64,000 nucleotides of DNA from Candidatus Iainarchaeum sp. (GTDB lineage: Archaea > Iainarchaeota > Iainarchaeia > Iainarchaeales > JAXPJC01), in the NCBI GenBank assembly GCA_016187745.1, contig JACPJC010000003.1, positions 32,001 to 96,000 on the forward strand, read 5' to 3'. Both the position numbers and the translations under genes were made by a program. Numbering within the stretch: the stretch's first letter is position 1; each line of letters begins with the position of its first letter. The notes beneath the pieces are model-generated. The model was given only the letters and a program-made list of their open reading frames with translations, was not told the origin of the DNA and made no database searches. This document shows positions 58,685 to 64,000 of this stretch, one piece after another.

Positions 58685-60430
58685 ATGGCTGCGGAATTTG
58701 CGCTTCTTCTGGATTTGGGGATAATCGCGATATTTGCGACAATTCTTGCGTATTTCAGCAGGCTCATAAGGCAGCCGATAATTGTCGCATACATAATTGC
58801 CGGGCTGATTATAGGGCCTATAGGCCTGGGGCTCATAACCGACAGCGTAAATATTGCAATCTTGTCAGAACTGGGAATCGCCTTCCTGCTTTTTACGATT
58901 GGAATAGAGACTGAAGTTTCAAAATTGCTGCGCATAGGAAAGACAATTGTGATTGGGGCAATGCTGCAGGTTGCTCTTACTGTATTTGCAGCATTCGGGA
59001 TGATGCAGTTCCTTGGAGTCGGCTTCATTGAGTCAATGTATGTCGCGCTTATTGTAGCGTTCAGCAGCACCGCAGTAATTGTAAAAATGCTTTCGGACAT
59101 GAAGCAGATAAGCACGCTTCATGGGCGCTTATTGATAGGGTTTATGCTGATGCAGGATGTGCTGATAATCCTTGCAATGCCACTGCTTGCGAACATAAGC
59201 AATATTGTTTCAGCTTCAATGCTTTTAAGGCTGGCAGGAAATGGCACAATTCTTCTGGTTCTCACGCTGATTGCGAACAAATTTGTTTTTCCCGCGCTTT
59301 TCAGGTATTCATCAAAATCCAAGAGCAGCGAGCTGCTGTTTTTAACTTCCCTATCCGCATGCTTCGCATTCATTGGCGCTGCGCTTGTGCTGAATTTCTC
59401 AATTGCCATTGGCGCGTTCCTTGCGGGAATTGCGCTTTCGGGGCTGCCATACACCTTTGAGGTGCTGAACAGCATAAAGGGATTGAGGGATTTTTTGGTT
59501 ACTGTGTTTTTCGTTTCGCTGGGGATGCAGATTTCCTTGGGCTTTGCGGAATTCAACCTCGCATTAATAATTGCGGTTTTTATGCTGGTTATTCTGCTCA
59601 AGCCCGCGCTTTTCTTCCTTGTTTCGCTGCTCGCAGGCTATGGATACAGGACCGGAATTTTTGTCGGGCTTGCAACAGCGCAGATTTCGGAATTCTCATT
59701 CATAATTGCGGCTTCAGGGCTTGCGGGGGGATTGATTTCAGCAGACATGTTCTCGCTGCTGATTCTAGTAACGGCAGTTTCAATGGCGCTTACCCCATAC
59801 CTGATGAAATATTCAGAGAACATTTACCTTGCGCTGGGAAGAATATTCCGGAAATTCAGGCCGGTTATTGAGCGCGCATTCCTCAACAGGAGCATTTCAG
59901 AACTTGAAAACCTCCCTGAAAAGGAGCTTAATGGGCACATCATTGTTGTTGGAGCGGGCGCGCTCGGAAGCAATATTGCAAGCGCACTGCAGAATTCCCA
60001 GAAAGTAGTTGTAATTGACCATGACCCTGAAGTTGTGTTCGGGCACATAAGCAGGAAATTCTATGCGATTTACGGGAATGTTGAAAGTTCGGAGCTCTGG
60101 GAAAAGGCAAATCTTGAAAAGGCAAGGCTGCTTGCAATAACAATCCCGGATTTTGAGCGCGCGCTTTTCCTCGTGCAATATGCGAGAAAAATAAACAAAA
60201 ACATTGCAATAATTGCAAGGGCGCATTATTACGATGAGGCGCTGGAGCTTTACAACAAGGGGGCGGATCTGGTAATAATGCCCGAAATAATAAGCAGCAA
60301 TGTTTTCCTGCAGAACATTTCTAAATTCCTTGAATCCGGGAAAAGGAATGCGCTTACGCACATGCAGGAGGAGTACATAGAATTCCTGGAAGAGAAGGCC
60401 GCAGAGCAGAAAAGGGCATTTAAATTATAA
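58685..60430 (+). CDS. CPA2 cation:proton antiporter with TrkA-N/RCK domain (Kef-like)
   Basis: Y..AG..IGP, LLF.IG.E, FSSTA, QD, FFVSLG, Q.SEF; GAG.LG domain. Confidence 0.92.
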   Translation: MAAEFALLLDLGIIAIFATILAYFSRLIRQPIIVAYIIAGLIIGPIGLGLITDSVNIAILSELGIAFLLFTIGIETEVSKLLRIGKTIVIGAMLQVALTVFAAFGMMQFLGVGFIESMYVALIVAFSSTAVIVKMLSDMKQISTLHGRLLIGFMLMQDVLIILAMPLLANISNIVSASMLLRLAGNGTILLVLTLIANKFVFPALFRYSSKSKSSELLFLTSLSACFAFIGAALVLNFSIAIGAFLAGIALSGLPYTFEVLNSIKGLRDFLVTVFFVSLGMQISLGFAEFNLALIIAVFMLVILLKPALFFLVSLLAGYGYRTGIFVGLATAQISEFSFIIAASGLAGGLISADMFSLLILVTAVSMALTPYLMKYSENIYLALGRIFRKFRPVIERAFLNRSISELENLPEKELNGHIIVVGAGALGSNIASALQNSQKVVVIDHDPEVVFGHISRKFYAIYGNVESSELWEKANLEKARLLAITIPDFERALFLVQYARKINKNIAIIARAHYYDEALELYNKGADLVIMPEIISSNVFLQNISKFLESGKRNALTHMQEEYIEFLEEKAAEQKRAFKL

Positions 60431-60716
60431 TTTTATCATGCAGGCACCACAGCCATAATTTTTCCATTTTCATCACAGCCCTAAGCAGAAAGCCATGCTC
60501 ATAATCCTCATGCAAATGCCGCAGATATTCCCCTGCGCCTTCTTTCCCGAATTTTTTTCTCACAAGCGGCAGGAATTTTTGCACATTTGAGGGCGCATGC
60601 CTTGAGAGCATTTCCCCATAGCTCAGATCTTTGCCATCAAGCCATTCGTGCAGCGCCCTGTGGGAATTCCCGGTGCGCCTGATGCTTGATCCAATATGCT
60701 CTTCAATCGTTCCCAT
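60420..60716 (-). CDS. Small His-rich hypothetical protein
   Basis: H...S....G.....H.WLD.......RH...HL..D. Confidence 0.6.
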   Translation of the reverse strand: MGTIEEHIGSSIRRTGNSHRALHEWLDGKDLSYGEMLSRHAPSNVQKFLPLVRKKFGKEGAGEYLRHLHEDYEHGFLLRAVMKMEKLWLWCLHDKIII

Positions 60717-60720
60717 TCTC

Positions 60721-61725
60721 TCAGCAGACCAAAAGTTTAGGGGTGAAACAGCAGTAGCCTATCCTGTCGCAGCGCTTCTTTATTTCCGCCCACTTCTCAT
60801 TCGGAATTGCCTGCAATGCCATCGGATACAATATGTTATCTTCCTTGTAGATGTGGTTTGGGAGATTGCTTATGAGATATTCCGCAAGTTCTTGAACTTT
60901 GCTTATAAAATTAGAGTATTGCATTTCCTTCTTCGAGTTTGCAATTTCATGCAGTGCCTTTTTAACCGGCTTTATGTCATTGTGCTCCTCAAGCATTATT
61001 GCAGGGGGCTCTGAAACCCCGTGGCTTTCAAGCTCGGGAAAAAGCACCTTCTCCTCCCGCTCATGGTGCTTGTCGGCCTCAACCAAATGCCCCGCAATGT
61101 GCTTCAGCACCTCAATTTCTCCATGCGCATCATCAAAATTCTTTTTAGATTTCAATGCATTCAGCGTTTCCTGCAGCTTTTCAACAGAATCTAGAATCAT
61201 TTTATGCTCTTCCATAAAAGTGTGTATCGGATGCCCCGGCTGAAGGCTTATGTGCGCCTTTTCAATGCCTTCCTTCATTATGTCAAGATGAACATCGCAG
61301 AGCTTGCGCATTTCCTCCCTTGAAACCCCCTCTTTTATTATTTCCTGCTCTATCAGCCCCAAATCCGTCGGGGAAATTTCCTTGAATATTCTCCTGCCCC
61401 TTTCCTTTATTCTGCCAGCATCAGCCCCGGAGTGAAGTTCCTTCAAAAGCGCTTTTACCTCATCCTTTCTGCTCTCTTCAGCGCCTGTTGCTTTTATCCT
61501 TTTTATTTTTACAATCCAGTCGGCAGGGCCCTGCTTCTCATAAGCCCATTCAAACTGCCCGTTGTATTCCGCTTCCAGCATATAGCGCAATGGCTTTGGG
61601 TCATGGTCGTTTGTTATTCTGAGAGTTTCGCCAAGCGAAAGATTCCCAAGCATGTCAAAAATCTTTTCATGCCTCTCAGAGAGCAGCATGCCCCGCAGAT
61701 CGAGATTCTTAATATTCCCTTTCAT
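60721..61725 (-). CDS. DUF2249 + DUF438 + hemerythrin-domain protein
   Basis: NDHDPKPL, LCDVH, GHPIHT...EH, H..REE..LFP, HI.KE..ILYP, IGYCCF. Confidence 0.88.
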   Translation of the reverse strand: MKGNIKNLDLRGMLLSERHEKIFDMLGNLSLGETLRITNDHDPKPLRYMLEAEYNGQFEWAYEKQGPADWIVKIKRIKATGAEESRKDEVKALLKELHSGADAGRIKERGRRIFKEISPTDLGLIEQEIIKEGVSREEMRKLCDVHLDIMKEGIEKAHISLQPGHPIHTFMEEHKMILDSVEKLQETLNALKSKKNFDDAHGEIEVLKHIAGHLVEADKHHEREEKVLFPELESHGVSEPPAIMLEEHNDIKPVKKALHEIANSKKEMQYSNFISKVQELAEYLISNLPNHIYKEDNILYPMALQAIPNEKWAEIKKRCDRIGYCCFTPKLLVC

Positions 61726-61736
61726 GCAACGCCTCC

Positions 61737-61760
61737 ATATGTGAAATATAATTCACATAT
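61737..61760. promoter_or_regulatory. 9-bp inverted repeat, putative operator
   Basis: ATATGTGAA-ATATAA-TTCACATAT between TATA-like TTTAAATA and the GGAGG SD of the hemerythrin gene. Confidence 0.6.
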
Positions 61761-61914
61761 AATTATTTAAAGCTTGCGTTGTGCGGGCAATTTCCATGAA
61801 AGGGTTGTTTTCCGGCTTTCATATATAATCAAGCCTTTTTTCATATTTTTGAGGTTGCCTGCAGCATGCTTTGATTACATAAAAGAGCTCATTAATTAAT
61901 TTAGCGGAATTGCT

Positions 61915-62886
61915 CTAAGCTTCCTTTTTCATTGCCGCGCGCAATCTGCCCAAAGCCTCTTGATGGGAATTTCCCATGCAGCGCAGGTACAAATAGTCCC
62001 ATCTTTCGTTTGCAGGCAAATTCTTGTAAATCCATTCCCCAACCCTAATCCCTATGTCATCAGACCATTCCGCCTCATACCACAGGCCCTTAACTTTTTT
62101 TTCAGGCTGTGGCCTCCTGTTAAATTCTTCGGCTGTCGGAGCTCTTACATTGGGGTTTGGCTTGAAAAACCCGTGTTCAAGCGCAAGAACCCTGTCTGCT
62201 GCCTGCGCAAACGGTATATCAATCTTAATTACACCAATTTTCTGAAGAACATGGATGACTTCGTGAAGCGGGGTTGATTTTGAAGCGGGATCAAAAACCC
62301 AGCCTTTCCTGAAATAAGCCTTTCCTGTTTTGTCCTGCATCAGCCCCATGAACATCTCGCCGCCGTCTTTCAAATAGTGGTAAAGCTCCTTTCCAGACCT
62401 GCGCATTTCGTGTATTGAGCCGCCTTTTTCCCTTAATGCAACATTTACAGACAAGATACTCTGCGGGAGCTTTTTCCTTACTTCAATTTCAATAGCTTTT
62501 TTCTCTGTCGGATTGAAGTGCCTTGCAAACTTATCCATTGCAAACATAATTTGCCTGTTGATCTCTGCAGCGCCTGCCATTGATTGCCTGCTGCCATAAA
62601 CTCTCTGCCTCATTGTCGGCAAATATTTTCTTAAATCCTTTTCACTTTTTACATTTGCTCTTGCTTCCTTCTGCCAGACTCCGCTTAGAAATCTTGTTCC
62701 GATGCGCTTGGCTCCCTTTTTTGATATGCCTTCAGGAACTTCGCCTGTCCTGATGAAATAGGTTTCCGGCGAAACAAACTTTCCCGGCAAGCCCCTTTTC
62801 TTTGCATACCTATAAGCCGGTGGTGAAACCTTTCCCAGAACTTTCAGGGGCATAAAAACTTTCTGTTTTGGTTTCATAGGCAGCAT
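61915..62886 (-). CDS. Basic orphan protein with HExxH motif
   Basis: MLPMKPKQK N-terminus; TPLHEVIH. Confidence 0.65.
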   Translation of the reverse strand: MLPMKPKQKVFMPLKVLGKVSPPAYRYAKKRGLPGKFVSPETYFIRTGEVPEGISKKGAKRIGTRFLSGVWQKEARANVKSEKDLRKYLPTMRQRVYGSRQSMAGAAEINRQIMFAMDKFARHFNPTEKKAIEIEVRKKLPQSILSVNVALREKGGSIHEMRRSGKELYHYLKDGGEMFMGLMQDKTGKAYFRKGWVFDPASKSTPLHEVIHVLQKIGVIKIDIPFAQAADRVLALEHGFFKPNPNVRAPTAEEFNRRPQPEKKVKGLWYEAEWSDDIGIRVGEWIYKNLPANERWDYLYLRCMGNSHQEALGRLRAAMKKEA

Positions 62887-62958
62887 ATGAATATATTCCA
62901 TAAGGCAGTATTTAAATTCTTACGAAAGGATTTTAAAGAACGGCAAAGTAATATTAAT

Positions 62959-63141
62959 ATGCCAAAAGTAGGAAAAAAACGCGCTTGGTGGAATGTAGTG
63001 CAAAAATACCACGCAGGTGAGTTGTCATATTCTGCTCTTGTGCGCCTTGGCAAATCTTATTGGGGTCCTAGTTATCGGCCGGCAGTAAAGCGGCTCACGC
63101 AAAGACCACGCAAGCTGCTTATAAGGCGTAATGTAGCATAA
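62959..63141 (+). CDS. Small basic orphan protein
   Basis: MPKVGKKRAWW..., TTTTAAAG upstream. Confidence 0.45.
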   Translation: MPKVGKKRAWWNVVQKYHAGELSYSALVRLGKSYWGPSYRPAVKRLTQRPRKLLIRRNVA

Positions 63142-63146
63142 ACCCT

Positions 63147-63344
63147 TCAGCGCCTTCTTAAGGAAAGAACCTTTTTCAGATTGTAGAAGAAGCCCTGTTT
63201 TCTCTTCTGCGCTTCTGAGAGTTTTTCTTGCATTTCTGCCCTGTGCTCGCTTACAATTGCGGCAAGGGGATCCCACTGATAAGGTTTTTCCACACTAACT
63301 ATCCTGAATTTGCGCTCCCCTAAATGATTTTTCACAGCAGCCAT
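63147..63344 (-). CDS. Small hypothetical protein
   Basis: 65-aa ORF downstream of ogt. Confidence 0.4.
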   Translation of the reverse strand: MAAVKNHLGERKFRIVSVEKPYQWDPLAAIVSEHRAEMQEKLSEAQKRKQGFFYNLKKVLSLRRR

Positions 63345-63356
63345 TATAATATATAA

Positions 63357-63659
63357 TCAGAAATCGTATAAATATGTTTCTAATTCAGAAATTCTCCCCT
63401 TTTTGATTTCAATCCCCTCTTTTTTAAGCAGCGCAATTTTCCTTTCTGCGCCCAGTGCGTAATTTCCCACTGCGCCATTGCTTTTCACTACCCTGTGGCA
63501 CGGAACTTCAATCAAATGCGGATTTTTATTGAGAGCGTTCCCAACTGCGCGCGCAGCATTAGGCCTGCCCAATGCAACTGCAATTTGCCTGTATGTGGAA
63601 ATTTTCCCTTTCGGGATTCCTGCAGCAAGCCTTAAAACACTTTCCGAGAAACTATCCAT
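63357..63659 (-). CDS. ogt: Methylated-DNA--protein-cysteine methyltransferase
   Basis: IP.G...TY, ARAVG, NP....PCHRV. Confidence 0.93.
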   Translation of the reverse strand: MDSFSESVLRLAAGIPKGKISTYRQIAVALGRPNAARAVGNALNKNPHLIEVPCHRVVKSNGAVGNYALGAERKIALLKKEGIEIKKGRISELETYLYDF

Positions 63660-63680
63660 ATCAGTAAATAAGTGGCCAAT

Positions 63681-63824
63681 ATGGATAAAAAATTCTATCG
63701 CTGCATGGTCTGCAATGACATACATTTCGGGGTGAATGCGCCTGATGTCTGCCCGACGTGCCTGAACAAAAACGCATACATTGAATTCTCCGCTGAAGAA
63801 GCCAAGATGATGATGAAATTATGA
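63681..63824 (+). CDS. Rubredoxin-like small protein (47 aa)
   Basis: MDKKFYRCMVCNDIHFGVNAPDVCPTC; below the ORF-track cutoff. Confidence 0.8.
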   Translation: MDKKFYRCMVCNDIHFGVNAPDVCPTCLNKNAYIEFSAEEAKMMMKL

Positions 63825-64000
63825 ATGAATCGGAAATTGAGGGCCTTCGCAAGCTTTTTGAGGTTTTCTGCACAAAGCAGGAGTTCATCCTCAATCCCGA
63901 CAGGGCGCATGTGGATTTCCTGCTGAAGGGGCTAATTGAATTCAAAAATACATTGGGGCTGATGTACTGCCCCTGCAGAATCCGCACCGGTAATTTTGAA
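63821..64000 (+). CDS. Ferredoxin:thioredoxin reductase catalytic subunit (partial)
   Basis: LNPD.....LL.GL......G..YCPCR; ATGA overlap with the rubredoxin-like gene; truncated by window. Confidence 0.85.
   Translation, partial: MNESEIEGLRKLFEVFCTKQEFILNPDRAHVDFLLKGLIEFKNTLGLMYCPCRIRTGNFE

Overview
Archaeal chromosome segment, most likely from a DPANN lineage. Support: archaeal-type TyrRS, RibL FAD synthase, Lrp, an intron-containing tRNA, TATA-box promoters and many basic orphan ORFs; any assignment below Archaea is inference. 1-32.5 kb is a large surface-glycan cluster with a flippase, nucleotide-sugar enzymes, GT2/GT-C/GT9 transferases, an ADP-heptose module lacking gmhA but carrying a cupin-kinase fusion, and seven cobalamin-binding radical SAM genes (one frameshifted). 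A 16-bp motif recurs upstream of five of its promoters, and a toxin-antitoxin cassette sits between 38-bp copies of a gene end. 36-46.4 kb is a polymorphic toxin locus: a Cys-rich secreted protein ending in an isolated CARDB-like strand, a ~1980-aa Ig/Ca-repeat/CARDB protein with a C-terminal toxin-like tip, then an AT-rich array of immunity-like genes and orphan tips. 46.6-48.8 kb holds tRNA-Ser(GCT) and tRNA-Leu(CAA), where the Ser intron and the Leu 3' trailer share one hairpin-plus-19-bp element, flanking a PLD nuclease and an intact-motif GGDEF protein. 49-64 kb is housekeeping (tyrS, cysS, ribL, RimK-like, RelE pair, CPA2 antiporter, ogt, rubredoxin-like, FTR) interspersed with basic orphan genes. 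All calls come from reading motifs by eye; no searches were run.
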